This document shows positions 50,307-60,032 of a DNA stretch of 64,000 nucleotides, one piece after another. The stretch's first letter is position 1. Every line of letters begins with the position of its first letter. Source of the DNA: an uncultured Spirochaetaceae bacterium. Its GTDB lineage: Bacteria; Spirochaetota; Spirochaetia; DSM-27196; PWMO01. The stretch is taken from positions 171,593 through 235,592 of the forward strand of contig CAZUVX010000001.1 of the NCBI GenBank assembly GCA_964623865.1, in the 5' to 3' direction. Made by a program: the position numbers and the translations under genes. The notes below the pieces were generated by a model, which ran no database searches, was not told the origin of the DNA, and saw only the letters and a program-made list of their open reading frames with translations.

Positions 50307-50466
50307 GAACCACGGCCACAGGCATATCGATGTTGAGCGCCCGCGGCATGAGACCAGGCAGTGCCGATCTCCCCACGGGAGTGCACCATGCATCCTTGGG
50401 GTTTCCTGTCTTCGGCGGGTTCACAGACATCGAAGTTCACACGAGACGATCAAATAGGGAGAGACT

Positions 50467-51654
50467 ATGTCCGTTCGAACGATCAGAGATGCAGATCTGG
50501 AGAACAAGCGTGTATTGATCCGTGCCGATTTCAACGTTCCCATCAAGGACGGCACCGTCACGGACGACAGCCGTATCACGGCGGCGCTGCCTACCATTGA
50601 GTACATTCTCAAGCAACCGGGCACCTCGATTGTGCTTTCCAGTCATCTTGGTCGTCCCAAGGGCACGCGCGACGAAGCGTTCTCTCTCAAGCCTGTGGCG
50701 ACTCGCCTGTCCGAGCTCCTCGGCACCAAGGTCAAGACGGCGGATGACTGCGTCGGTCCGGAGGTGGAGAAGGCAGTCGCCGATCTGGATCCCGGAGAGG
50801 TCCTGCTCCTCGAGAACGTACGCTTTCACAACGAAGAAAAGGAGAATGACCCGGAATTCGCCAAGCGACTCGGCCGCTTGGCGGACATTTATGTGAACGA
50901 TGCCTTCGGCAGTGCGCACCGGGCTCACGCCTCCACGGAGGGAGTTGCTCACGTTCTGCCCGCCTTCGCCGGGTTTCTTATTGAGAAAGAGGTTGCGTTC
51001 TTCGAACCCGTCGTCCGGGAGCCCGCACAACCCTTTGTTGCGATCATCGGCGGAGCAAAGGTGTCCACGAAGATCGGTGTTCTCGAGAACCTGTTGCCGA
51101 AGTGTCGGAGTCTCGTTATCGGTGGGGGAATGTCCTACACCTTCCTGAAGGCGCAGGGCCATGAGATCGGGAAGTCCCTCTTCGAAGAGGAGTACCTCGA
51201 TACGGCGAAGAGTCTCCTTTCCGACGCGGATGCGCGCGGTGTGCGCATAGTTCTCCCGGTGGATCACGTGGTCGCCCCGGAATTCAAAGAGGATGCCGAC
51301 GCCGGCACCATCGACGGCATTGAGATACCCGCGGATGAGTTGGGTATGGACATCGGACCTCGTTCCATCGAGCAGATCCGCGAGGTCATCGCGACTGCGA
51401 AGACCATCGTCTGGAACGGGCCCATGGGTGTGTTCGAGTTCGATCGGTTTGCCCGGGGGACCCTCGAGGTTGCCAAGGCCGTTGCCGAGGCTTCGGCAAC
51501 GACGATTGTCGGCGGCGGTGACTCCGTTGCGGCGGTCAACAAGTTCGGTCTTGCCGACAAGATCGATCACGTCTCCACCGGGGGCGGGGCCTCCCTCGAG
51601 TTTCTCGAGGGTAAGACTCTTCCCGGAATCGCAGCGCTTCGGTCCGACGGATAG
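50467..51654 (+). CDS. pgk: Phosphoglycerate kinase
   Basis: KRVLIRADFNVP, SHLGRPKG, and GGGDSVAAV...STGGGASLEFLEG. Confidence 0.97.
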   Translation: MSVRTIRDADLENKRVLIRADFNVPIKDGTVTDDSRITAALPTIEYILKQPGTSIVLSSHLGRPKGTRDEAFSLKPVATRLSELLGTKVKTADDCVGPEVEKAVADLDPGEVLLLENVRFHNEEKENDPEFAKRLGRLADIYVNDAFGSAHRAHASTEGVAHVLPAFAGFLIEKEVAFFEPVVREPAQPFVAIIGGAKVSTKIGVLENLLPKCRSLVIGGGMSYTFLKAQGHEIGKSLFEEEYLDTAKSLLSDADARGVRIVLPVDHVVAPEFKEDADAGTIDGIEIPADELGMDIGPRSIEQIREVIATAKTIVWNGPMGVFEFDRFARGTLEVAKAVAEASATTIVGGGDSVAAVNKFGLADKIDHVSTGGGASLEFLEGKTLPGIAALRSDG

Positions 51655-51764
51655 AGGGCGCCGTCCCGACACGTGTAACGCATCAACAACAGGCGCTGAA
51701 CACGGCCGGCGGTTTAGCCGGAACACGCAATGATCGAACCTGGCAGGAAGGGGAGGAGTAAACC

Positions 51765-52520
51765 ATGAGAACCACCTACATCGCCGGCAACTGGAAGATG
51801 CACAAGACCATCTCGGAGGCGCGTGCCCTGGCCGGCGAATTGCGGACCGAACTGGCCGGCAGCTCCCACAAGATCATGATTGCGCCGCCCTTTACGGCGT
51901 TGGCCGGTGTTGCCGCCGTTCTCGAGGGGTCTAACGTCCTGCTCGGCGCCCAGAACATGGCTCCGGAGGAGTCCGGTGCGCACACCGGTGAAGTCTCCGT
52001 AACCATGCTCAGGGATGCGGGTGCGTCGGTGGTGATTCTCGGTCACTCCGAGCGCCGCCACGTCTACGGTGAGGACGACGCCTTGATCAACCGGAAGGTC
52101 AAGCTCGCCCTGGATCACGCCATGGAGGTGATTCTCTGCGTGGGCGAAACGCTGGAGGAGCGGGAGGCCGACAAGGTGCGCGCCGTCGTCGAGAGCCAGC
52201 TGGAGGGCGGACTCGCAGGCGTGCCCAAGGAAGCTCTCGAGAGGATTACTATTGCGTACGAGCCGGTATGGGCAATCGGGACCGGAAAGACCGCCACGCC
52301 GGCGGATGCAGCTGAGGCGCACGGGATGGTCCGGAGCAAGCTCGACGGGATGTACGGGAGCGGTGCCGGCAACGGCGTCACGGTGCAGTACGGCGGATCG
52401 GTGAAGCCGGACAACGTTGCAGGACTGATGGCGGAGGAGCAAATCGACGGCGCCCTGGTCGGCGGGGCCTCACTGAAGGCCGAAACCTTCGTTCCGATTG
52501 TTCAATTCGACGCGCAGTAG
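51765..52520 (+). CDS. tpiA: Triosephosphate isomerase
   Basis: IAGNWKMH, ILGHSERR, AYEPVWAIGTG, and YGGSVKP. Confidence 0.97.
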   Translation: MRTTYIAGNWKMHKTISEARALAGELRTELAGSSHKIMIAPPFTALAGVAAVLEGSNVLLGAQNMAPEESGAHTGEVSVTMLRDAGASVVILGHSERRHVYGEDDALINRKVKLALDHAMEVILCVGETLEEREADKVRAVVESQLEGGLAGVPKEALERITIAYEPVWAIGTGKTATPADAAEAHGMVRSKLDGMYGSGAGNGVTVQYGGSVKPDNVAGLMAEEQIDGALVGGASLKAETFVPIVQFDAQ

Positions 52521-52576
52521 ACGACTGCGTATTACGCGAAGTATAGTTGCGCGGACTGTAGAGAGGAATCATTCGT

Positions 52577-52993
52577 ATGGGTGCATTGAGCATTCTGTTG
52601 CTTGTCGTATTCGGTATTACCTCAGTCCTCCTGGTTGTCGTGGTGTTGCTCCAGGATGAGGGTGGCGAGGGCCTCGGTGGCATATTCGGCGGGGGCGGAG
52701 CCGGACCGGTCGGGAATCGGTCGGGGAACATCCTCACCAGAACGACCACCGTTCTCGGCACCATCTTCCTGGTGGCCGCCTTTGGACTGGCGTGGTTGAA
52801 TCGAAGCCCCGATACCGGGGACGTGGAGGCGGCCGCCCGCCGGCTGGAGGGTGACCAGGCCACTCAGTGGTGGGAGGTCGAGGAGGAAGATGGCAATGAC
52901 GAACCCGCACTCGACGACGAGGACGGCGACTCAGGGGACGTTGCGCCCGCGCGAGATGAGGTGGGCGGTGACGAGGAGACCTCTGCGGAGTAA
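52577..52993 (+). CDS. secG: Preprotein translocase subunit SecG with an acidic C-terminal extension
   Basis: LLVVVVLLQDEGGEGLGGIFGGG, then a second TM segment TTVLGTIFLVAAFGL. Follows tpiA, as in many bacteria. Confidence 0.85.
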   Translation: MGALSILLLVVFGITSVLLVVVVLLQDEGGEGLGGIFGGGGAGPVGNRSGNILTRTTTVLGTIFLVAAFGLAWLNRSPDTGDVEAAARRLEGDQATQWWEVEEEDGNDEPALDDEDGDSGDVAPARDEVGGDEETSAE

Positions 52994-52999
52994 CACGCG

Positions 53000-53413
53000 G
53001 TGAGGATAGCCGTTGTCTTCTTTCCACAAGCTCACCGGACCGGGCTCCTGGAGCTGGCCAAGGGGTTGAGTCGGGGCATCGAGGCGCAGGGCCACCAGGT
53101 GGACCTTATCGATGGAACCCGAGACGTAAACACTAAGCTCACGATCTATGAGTACATTGCCGTAGGGACCGAGCAAACGAGCTTCTTCGGCGGGAAGATT
53201 CCCCCCAAGGTCGGCGAGTACCTGAAGAACGCCGGAATCGTCGGCGGAAAGAAGTCCTTTGCCTTTGTGCTGAAGCGACCTGTGGGTACATCGAAGACGC
53301 TCCGGTCACTCATGAATACCATGGAGGCGGAGGGGATGTTTCTCCGTGTCTCCGACGTACTTGCATCCCCTGAAGGGGCCGAGGCCGTAGGAAAGCGCCT
53401 GAAGATAGGATGA
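53000..53413 (+). CDS. Hypothetical flavodoxin-fold-like protein
   Basis: GTG start. Alternating beta/alpha pattern beginning MRIAVVFFP. No cofactor motif recognised. Confidence 0.5.
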   Translation: MRIAVVFFPQAHRTGLLELAKGLSRGIEAQGHQVDLIDGTRDVNTKLTIYEYIAVGTEQTSFFGGKIPPKVGEYLKNAGIVGGKKSFAFVLKRPVGTSKTLRSLMNTMEAEGMFLRVSDVLASPEGAEAVGKRLKIG

Positions 53414-53462
53414 CCGGTCCGACGCCGGGTGGTCCCGGTGAACGGACCGGTTGCTTTCTCTC
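53414..53462 (+). terminator. Rho-independent terminator
   Basis: CCGGTCCG (53414-53421) pairs with CGGACCGG (53443-53450), with an inner CCGGG/CCCGG stem, followed by TTGCTTTCTCT. Confidence 0.65.
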
Positions 53463-53484
53463 GATGCCTCAAACACACGCGTAG

Positions 53485-54297
53485 GTGAGCGAGCCAGCGG
53501 TGGAAACGTATTACGACATACTTGGACTTGACAGCTCCTGCTCGCAAGAGGAAATAAAGCGCGCCTTCAGAAGCAAAGCCAAGGAGCTTCACCCGGACGT
53601 GGCGTCGCCCGTGGGGAGCTCGGCGGAGCGGATGCGCGTTCTGATCCAGGCCTACAAGATTCTTGCGGATCCCGAGCAGCGTCGTCACTACGATCGCACT
53701 CATTTCATCCACAGGCGGAAGTATCGGTTCGATTACCGCTCCTTCCTGAGAGAGCGGAAGAACGATCTCGGAAGCCAGGCGAAGCTCATCTTCTTCGATC
53801 TTCTTCACGACTATCCGGATGAGGCGGTGGAGCTCTTCGATGCGCGTTTCCGGGATCGCGAGTCTCTCATGTGGGACTACCTCGGGCGTGAGGATTTCAT
53901 GGATTGCGCCTTTCTCCTCGCCGAGGAGTACGAGCGCCGAGGCGATCTCGTGCAGGCATATCGACTCCTCACGGCGATCGCAGTGCACGAGCAGCTGCAC
54001 CCCTATTTCCGGCACTTCTTCCAGGAGGTCGTCGACCGACTGAGGAACCTCGTCTGTTTCAAGATGTTCGAGTCTCTCGATGACGAAGTAGTCCTGGGGT
54101 ACATTGAAGAACTGATCGAGTTCGATTTTACCCGAAAGGAGACCGCCTTCTATCTCAAGAAGGCCGCTGAGCTGTATCTTCGCCGGGAGAACGTGGCGGA
54201 TGCGAAAGACTGTCTTGAACGAGGATTGGAACTCGATGAGAAGCTCCCCGGCATCAAGAAGCTGCAGGAGCAGATTTCGTTGCGGCAGTGCGTTTAG
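53485..54297 (+). CDS. J-domain (DnaJ-like) protein
   Basis: TYYDILGLDSSCSQEEIKRAFRSKAKELHPD (HPD motif), then a helical TPR-like C-terminus. GTG start is uncertain. Confidence 0.8.
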   Translation: MSEPAVETYYDILGLDSSCSQEEIKRAFRSKAKELHPDVASPVGSSAERMRVLIQAYKILADPEQRRHYDRTHFIHRRKYRFDYRSFLRERKNDLGSQAKLIFFDLLHDYPDEAVELFDARFRDRESLMWDYLGREDFMDCAFLLAEEYERRGDLVQAYRLLTAIAVHEQLHPYFRHFFQEVVDRLRNLVCFKMFESLDDEVVLGYIEELIEFDFTRKETAFYLKKAAELYLRRENVADAKDCLERGLELDEKLPGIKKLQEQISLRQCV

Positions 54298-54361
54298 GCC
54301 GTGCCCGCGGCGATCAAGACGTTCGCTCCGGGAGGGTGGGCGTGGATGGAAGGTTTATTGC

Positions 54362-55405
54362 ATGAGAAGAGTACAACCTCTGATAGTTGTAGTTATTCTG
54401 CTGGCGGGTGCTGCAGCGGCGCCGGCACAGGTACTGGACAAGCCCGTTGCAGTGGTAAGTCTCCATGAAACGGCCGACATCGGTCAGCGCGCCATGCGCC
54501 TGCAGAGCCGGGTTCTCGAGGAGCAGCTTGGTCGCGCCCTGACGAGTGAGGAGCGGCGGGAATTGCTGCAGGCGCAAATCAGCGAAGAGCTCATCAACCA
54601 GGCCGCCGCCCAGGCGAATATTCGTGTCGGTGAGCGCGAAGTCGAGCAGGCCATTACCAATCAGCGTGCGAACCTCGGCCGGCCTGTTACCGAGGAGCAG
54701 TTCCGGCAACTCATCGAGGATCAGGCTGGAATGACCTGGCAGGAGTATCGCGATCAGATTCGGCAACGGCTCATCCAGGAGAAGTTCGTTCTGCAGGAGA
54801 AGCAGGACGTGTTTCAAGCGATCCAGGAGCCGAGCGCCCGGGAGGTTCGGCGCTTCTACGAGGAGAATGCGACGGATTTCTCCAATCCGGCAATGGTGCG
54901 TTTCGACCACATCTTCGTGGAGACGCGTGGGAGTGGCGGGGATACGGCTCAGAGTAAGCGAGACCGAATCGAGGAGCTCTACGACGAAATCCGATCCGGC
55001 GAGTCCACCTTCGACGAGGTCGCGGATCGCTCTGTGGACGACGCAGGCTACAGCGCCGGCGATTTCGGCTACCTGATGCGTCGAGACGGTAACAGCCGTC
55101 AGCTTCTGGGACAGGACTTCATTGACGAGGTCTTCAGCATAGAGGAGGGGGACATCAGTGATGGTGTGCTGAAGTCGAACATGGGCTATCACATCGTCAA
55201 GGTGACCAACCAGCGCCGTGCGCGCATCCTGGACCTGAATGATCCCGTCCTGCCCGGTCAGAACGTCACCGTACGAGATCAGATTGTGAACTATCTCCTC
55301 GGGAACGAGCAGCAGCGCGCATTTCAGCGTGCTCTGGAAGAGGTGGTGCAGGAGCTACGGAATCAGGCGGAGGTGCGCATATTCGAGGAGAACCTCGACT
55401 GGTAG
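54362..55405 (+). CDS. SurA/PrsA-like periplasmic parvulin-type peptidyl-prolyl isomerase
   Basis: Signal peptide IVVVILLAGAAAAPAQ, SurA-N-like chaperone region, and parvulin domain (MVRFDHIFV...GDFGYL...GYHIVKV). Confidence 0.82.
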   Translation: MRRVQPLIVVVILLAGAAAAPAQVLDKPVAVVSLHETADIGQRAMRLQSRVLEEQLGRALTSEERRELLQAQISEELINQAAAQANIRVGEREVEQAITNQRANLGRPVTEEQFRQLIEDQAGMTWQEYRDQIRQRLIQEKFVLQEKQDVFQAIQEPSAREVRRFYEENATDFSNPAMVRFDHIFVETRGSGGDTAQSKRDRIEELYDEIRSGESTFDEVADRSVDDAGYSAGDFGYLMRRDGNSRQLLGQDFIDEVFSIEEGDISDGVLKSNMGYHIVKVTNQRRARILDLNDPVLPGQNVTVRDQIVNYLLGNEQQRAFQRALEEVVQELRNQAEVRIFEENLDW

Positions 55406-55427
55406 CCCCGGGGAGTGTGGTTAGTCT

Positions 55428-55838
55428 ATGGGAGCGCGTCGTCAAGCCCGCATACTCGCCTTTCAAGCGCTCTACGCATGGGAAACCACGGGAGGGTCCG
55501 TCGAGGAGGCGTGCACCTTCACCTGGCTTGATGAAGAGATGGCGGACGAAGAAGCAGCGAGCTTTGCCCGCCTTCTCGTCGCGGGGGCCCTCGAAAACAT
55601 CGATTCAATCGATGAGGCAATTTCGTCGCAACTCGAGCATTGGACCATCTCCCGCATCAATCGGGTCGATCTGGCAATCCTGCGCCTGAGTGCATATGGT
55701 CTACTCTACCTCAAGGACATCCCCGGCTCTATTACGATCGACGAGGCGATTACCCTAGCCAAGAGATACGGAACGCGCGACTCCTACCGCTTCGTCAACG
55801 GCGTCCTGGACGGGATTCTCAAGAGGAAGGCGGGGTGA
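55428..55838 (+). CDS. nusB: Transcription antitermination factor NusB
   Basis: ARILAFQALYAWE, DLAILRLSAYGLLY, INEAITLAKRYG-like, and FVNGVLDGI. Confidence 0.92.
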   Translation: MGARRQARILAFQALYAWETTGGSVEEACTFTWLDEEMADEEAASFARLLVAGALENIDSIDEAISSQLEHWTISRINRVDLAILRLSAYGLLYLKDIPGSITIDEAITLAKRYGTRDSYRFVNGVLDGILKRKAG

Positions 55839-57637
55839 CGCGGCAGCGCCTTCTGTCGGTTGCTCTCGTCGCGTTCGGCGTGGTCGCTGCGGCAGTTGTA
55901 ACGGTTGTGGTCGTTCGCGGCGTTGCCTCGATCCGACGCGATCGGCTTCTCGAGTACACAATGCGCCGGGTGGATTCACGCCTGGCAGACCGGGAGTGGG
56001 AGAGTGCCGCCCGATTGCTGGACGATTTCGCATCGGTCAAGCTCGGCGGGGACCAGTGGAGAGAGGTCCTTCGACGCGCCTGGGTGGTTGCCGGGAATCG
56101 GGACGGCTGGTCGGGTTTCGGGCGTCTGGCATCACGCGCCGCGGCGCAGCATCCCCGCAACGGCGATCTGGTCTTCCTCGACATTTCCGCCGCGTATCGG
56201 GCGGACGAGCCCGCCTCCCCCTCGGCGGTACCTCCAGGGGCGCGCTATGACGCTCTGCGGGCGCTGCTCTTCCTGGAAGGAGGGGCGGCCGGCGACGCCC
56301 AACCCGGCGCACCCGAGGAGACGCCTCGTGACGCCCCGGATCCGCGGGAGCTTTCGATCTCCAACGATCGCGTCGAAAGGGTTCTGAACGCAGCGCTTCT
56401 TCAGTCCGCGGACAGTCTGGCTGCTGCGCACGAAGCTACCGGAGATCCTCGACTTGCCGTGGATGCCGCCCTTGTACGTCTGCGGGAAGGGGAAGCGGCC
56501 GCTGCGCACGAGGAGATCTCTCTTCGCAGGGAGGGCGTGTCGCCGGTCTTCCGTGCAAAGGTTGCTCTGTCGGCGGCAGACTTCACCGGCGCGGTAGAGG
56601 CGCTTTCGCAGGGGAATTCCGGGGCGGGCAGCCTCTCGGCACCCGACTCCGCCCGCCCCGACGCCCCGGCGGAAGCGCACCTTGGTGAAGGCGAAGGGCG
56701 AGCGCCGGACAATGCGACTCTCCTCAAAGGCGATGCTCTCATCGGTCTGGGCGACTTCGGCCGCGCGGAGCGGGTGTACCGGGAGGTGCCGAGGAGGGAG
56801 TGGAGTCCTGAGGCCTTCCAGAGCGTTGCCTTCCTGATCCGCTCCCGGGGCGGAGAGCCGGAGGAAACCTTGCGCGCCGGGGTTTCTCGATGGTCGGGTG
56901 ATCCGGAGTCGGCACGAGCGCTGGCGGTCCACATCGTCGATGAGCGCCCGGAAGAGGCGCGCGCCCTTCTCGATAGTTTCGCCGAGCAGTCCCCGAAGAT
57001 GCGAGTGACGTCCTTGCTGCTGTTCGACGAGTTGAAGATGTCGCAGCGGGTGCGTGGGACCCTGTGGCGGATGTACAACGAGGCCGACCAGGCGGCATCC
57101 GGGGGGAGCCAAGCCGTCGGGGAGTACCTCGCGTGGTACCTCGCCGGGCTCGGCGACTGGGACGATCTGGAACGAGTGGTGTCCGATCCCGCCTCCGACT
57201 CCGTCGACTGGGTTCGCTTCTATCAGGGCGTTCTGGCGGTGCGCTCCGGGCGATCGCAGGAGGCGCGCGACGCCTTCGCAGAGATCGATGCACAGGGAAT
57301 GCGTATCGCCGCACGCTACAACGAGGGCCGCGTCGCCCTTGGCATGGGCGACCTCGACGGCGCCCAGGCCGCACTGGAGGAGGCGCAGGATGCACTGCTT
57401 CGGCGCCCTCGAGACGGAGACCGCGACCGCGACCTGTCCCGGGTGCTCCTGGAACTCGGGCGCGTCCACCTGTTGAAAGGGAGGGAAGAAACCGGATACG
57501 GTATGATTTCTCGGGCGCTTCGGTACAACCCGGGCAACGCCACCGCACGCAACCTGCTGGAAGAGGGATCGGTCTCCGGCACACCAATGCGCGAAGGCAC
57601 CATGGATGATACGACTAAAGAGTCCCAAGCAGATTGA
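55835..57637 (+). CDS. Membrane-anchored TPR-like protein
   Basis: The GTG start overlaps the nusB stop (GTGA). N-terminal TM segment LLSVALVAFGVVAAAVVTVVVV, then Ala/Arg-rich helical repeats. Confidence 0.6.
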   Translation: MTRQRLLSVALVAFGVVAAAVVTVVVVRGVASIRRDRLLEYTMRRVDSRLADREWESAARLLDDFASVKLGGDQWREVLRRAWVVAGNRDGWSGFGRLASRAAAQHPRNGDLVFLDISAAYRADEPASPSAVPPGARYDALRALLFLEGGAAGDAQPGAPEETPRDAPDPRELSISNDRVERVLNAALLQSADSLAAAHEATGDPRLAVDAALVRLREGEAAAAHEEISLRREGVSPVFRAKVALSAADFTGAVEALSQGNSGAGSLSAPDSARPDAPAEAHLGEGEGRAPDNATLLKGDALIGLGDFGRAERVYREVPRREWSPEAFQSVAFLIRSRGGEPEETLRAGVSRWSGDPESARALAVHIVDERPEEARALLDSFAEQSPKMRVTSLLLFDELKMSQRVRGTLWRMYNEADQAASGGSQAVGEYLAWYLAGLGDWDDLERVVSDPASDSVDWVRFYQGVLAVRSGRSQEARDAFAEIDAQGMRIAARYNEGRVALGMGDLDGAQAALEEAQDALLRRPRDGDRDRDLSRVLLELGRVHLLKGREETGYGMISRALRYNPGNATARNLLEEGSVSGTPMREGTMDDTTKESQAD

Positions 57638-58370
57638 CGGCATTCGAGAAGCATCCAGACTCCTGGTTACGGTCCTGCAGGAGACCGCGCAGCTTGTCGA
57701 GCCCGGCGTAACGACCGGTGAGCTCAGCGAGTACGCGAACAGGCGCATCACCGCCCTCGGCGCGCGAGCGGCCTTCCTGGGATACATGGACTTTCCCGCC
57801 GCCATGTGCACCTCCGTGGACGAGGCGGTGATTCACGGCATTCCCAACGATACGAAGCTCCGAGAGGGACAAATCGTAACTATCGACTTCGGAGTTGAGT
57901 ATCGGGGCTACTACAGTGATTCCGCCGTCACCATGCCGGTCGGGCGGGTCTCTCAGGAGGTGCAGGCCCTCCTGAAGGCGACGAAGGAAAGCCTGTGGCT
58001 CGGGATCGAGCAGGCGAAGGCGGGCAACCGGGTAAACGACATCTCCCGGGCGATCTATCACTACAATCGACGCGCCGGCTACGGCATCGTGCGGCCATAC
58101 TGCGGTCACGGCGTCGGGCTCGAGATCCACGAGGACCCGCAGGTGCCGAACTACGTCGGCACCGGGCCCAATCCGCGGCTGAAGCCGGGTATGGTGCTGG
58201 CCATTGAGCCGATGATCAACCTGGGCGGTGACGATGTGCGCCTTCTGGACGACGACTGGACCGTCGTTACGGCGGATTCTTCAGTTTCAGCCCACTTCGA
58301 GCACACAGTTGCCATCCATGAGGATCACACCGAAGTTCTGACACAGTGGGACGGAGAGGACGGGCCCTGA
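57606..58370 (+). CDS. map: Type I methionine aminopeptidase
   Basis: FPAAMCTSVDEAVIHGIP, VTIDFGVEYRGYYSDSA, CGHGVGLEIHE, and LAIEPM. Confidence 0.96.
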   Translation: MIRLKSPKQIDGIREASRLLVTVLQETAQLVEPGVTTGELSEYANRRITALGARAAFLGYMDFPAAMCTSVDEAVIHGIPNDTKLREGQIVTIDFGVEYRGYYSDSAVTMPVGRVSQEVQALLKATKESLWLGIEQAKAGNRVNDISRAIYHYNRRAGYGIVRPYCGHGVGLEIHEDPQVPNYVGTGPNPRLKPGMVLAIEPMINLGGDDVRLLDDDWTVVTADSSVSAHFEHTVAIHEDHTEVLTQWDGEDGP

Positions 58371-58493
58371 CGGGTGACCAATGCCCCGGGAACGCCTGCG
58401 GGTTTCGGCTACACGAGGCGGGTCGGGACTCACACGACCACCTTGCGGAAACACACGACCCGGGCGTGAAACCACGCGTCCCGGTCCGGGAAA

Positions 58494-58522
58494 GTGACAT
58501 TCCGTTTGTTTGCCAATATACT
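58494..58522 (+). promoter_or_regulatory. Putative htrA promoter
   Basis: GTGACA (58494-58499), 17-nt spacer, TATACT (58517-58522). AGGAGG at 58531-58536. Confidence 0.4.
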
Positions 58523-58544
58523 CTTCGCCTAGGAGGCCGGATTA

Positions 58545-60032
58545 GTGATGAATAGCCGTACACCACTTCACTCACGGAAGTTCTTCATGATCAACCTGGT
58601 GCTGGTGGGGCTGATAATCGGCTTCTCCATGTCCATGGTCGTATTCTCCTGCTCTACCCGGATTCAACCCGGAGGGGCCGCTCTCGCACAGCGCACCGGA
58701 GAGGATGTCGATATCCAGATTGAAGGATTGCAGAGCTCGTTTCGCCAAGTCGCCCAGGCGGTCATGCCCACGGTGGTCAAGCTCAACGTGGAGGAGCTAC
58801 GGTCGCAGCAGCGGCCCCAGGGAGACAATCCCTTCTTCGACTTCTTCTTCGGCGATACCGACGATGAGGACACACCCATCCCAACCCAGGGTCTCGGTTC
58901 GGGTGTGCTTGTCCGGCAGGAGGGATCCACCTACTATGTCCTGACGAACGATCACGTCGTGGCGGAGGCGGACAGTATTGAGGTCGTCCTGGACGACGAG
59001 AACTCCTACGAGGCGACCCTCGTTGGAACGGACCAGCGGAAGGACCTCGCCCTCGTTTCATTCGAGGAACCCGACCGCGAGCTGCCCCTCGCACGGTTCG
59101 GCAATTCGGACGAGCTGGCGGTGGGGGACTGGGTTCTTGCCGTGGGCAGTCCCTTCGGGTTCCAGTCCACGGTCACCGCGGGCATCGTGAGCGCTCTCGA
59201 ACGGCGGGGTGGGCCCCAGGGCAACATCAACGACTTCATTCAGACGGATGCAGCCATCAACCAGGGCAATTCAGGTGGTCCGCTCATCAACCTTCGCGGC
59301 GAGGTCGTCGGGATCAACACGTGGATCACCTCGCAGACGGGCGTCAGCGCGGGTCTGGGTTTCTCCATCCCCATTAACAACGCCAGTCGCGCCATTGAGG
59401 ATTTCATTGAGAGAGGCTCCATTCAGTACGGCTGGCTCGGGGTGAGCATTCGTGACGTTTCCCGGGAGGACGCCGGAGAGCTCGGGCTCGAGAACCGGCA
59501 AGGGGCCCTCGTTCATCACGTTTTCGTGGGATCTCCCGCGGAGGGATCCGGTCTGCAACCGGGAGACTTCATTCGCACCGTTAACGGCACCGAGGTGTAT
59601 GATGCTGATGAGCTCATTCTGGAAGTGGGCGACCTGCCCGTCGGGGAGGTTGCGAGGTTCGAGTTGATCCGTCAGGGAGAGGACCGGGTCGTAGACGTCA
59701 CCATCGAAGAGCGCGAGGCCGAACGTACCATCCAGCAACAGAATGCGCAGCTCTGGCCGGGGTTGAGCGTCTTCCCCTTGACCGACGATATTCGGGAGGA
59801 ACTGGAGCTGCAACGGAGGACCGAGGGTGTCATCGTGACGACAGTCGAGTCTCAAACCCCTGCCGCCAATGCAGGCTTGCGTGCCGGTGACGTGATCGTT
59901 TCGCTGAGCGGCCGAAGTGTTGCAAACATCAGAGAGTTCTACCGGGTTCTCAACGATGATCCGGGTAGCGACCTCGAGGTTGAGTATCTCCGGGAAGGGG
60001 AGAGTACGACGACCACTCTGGAGTATCCGTGA
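58545..60032 (+). CDS. htrA: HtrA/DegP-family periplasmic serine protease with two PDZ domains
   Basis: N-terminal TM segment. Catalytic triad context: LTNDHVV, DLALV, GNSGGPLIN. Two PDZ-like regions. Confidence 0.93.
   Translation: MMNSRTPLHSRKFFMINLVLVGLIIGFSMSMVVFSCSTRIQPGGAALAQRTGEDVDIQIEGLQSSFRQVAQAVMPTVVKLNVEELRSQQRPQGDNPFFDFFFGDTDDEDTPIPTQGLGSGVLVRQEGSTYYVLTNDHVVAEADSIEVVLDDENSYEATLVGTDQRKDLALVSFEEPDRELPLARFGNSDELAVGDWVLAVGSPFGFQSTVTAGIVSALERRGGPQGNINDFIQTDAAINQGNSGGPLINLRGEVVGINTWITSQTGVSAGLGFSIPINNASRAIEDFIERGSIQYGWLGVSIRDVSREDAGELGLENRQGALVHHVFVGSPAEGSGLQPGDFIRTVNGTEVYDADELILEVGDLPVGEVARFELIRQGEDRVVDVTIEEREAERTIQQQNAQLWPGLSVFPLTDDIREELELQRRTEGVIVTTVESQTPAANAGLRAGDVIVSLSGRSVANIREFYRVLNDDPGSDLEVEYLREGESTTTTLEYP

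Noticed and set aside
50330-50518. 62-aa ORF in the pgk leader that overlaps the pgk start.
   Set aside because: It has no RBS, is out of frame, overlaps the highly conserved pgk N-terminus, and has an atypical composition.
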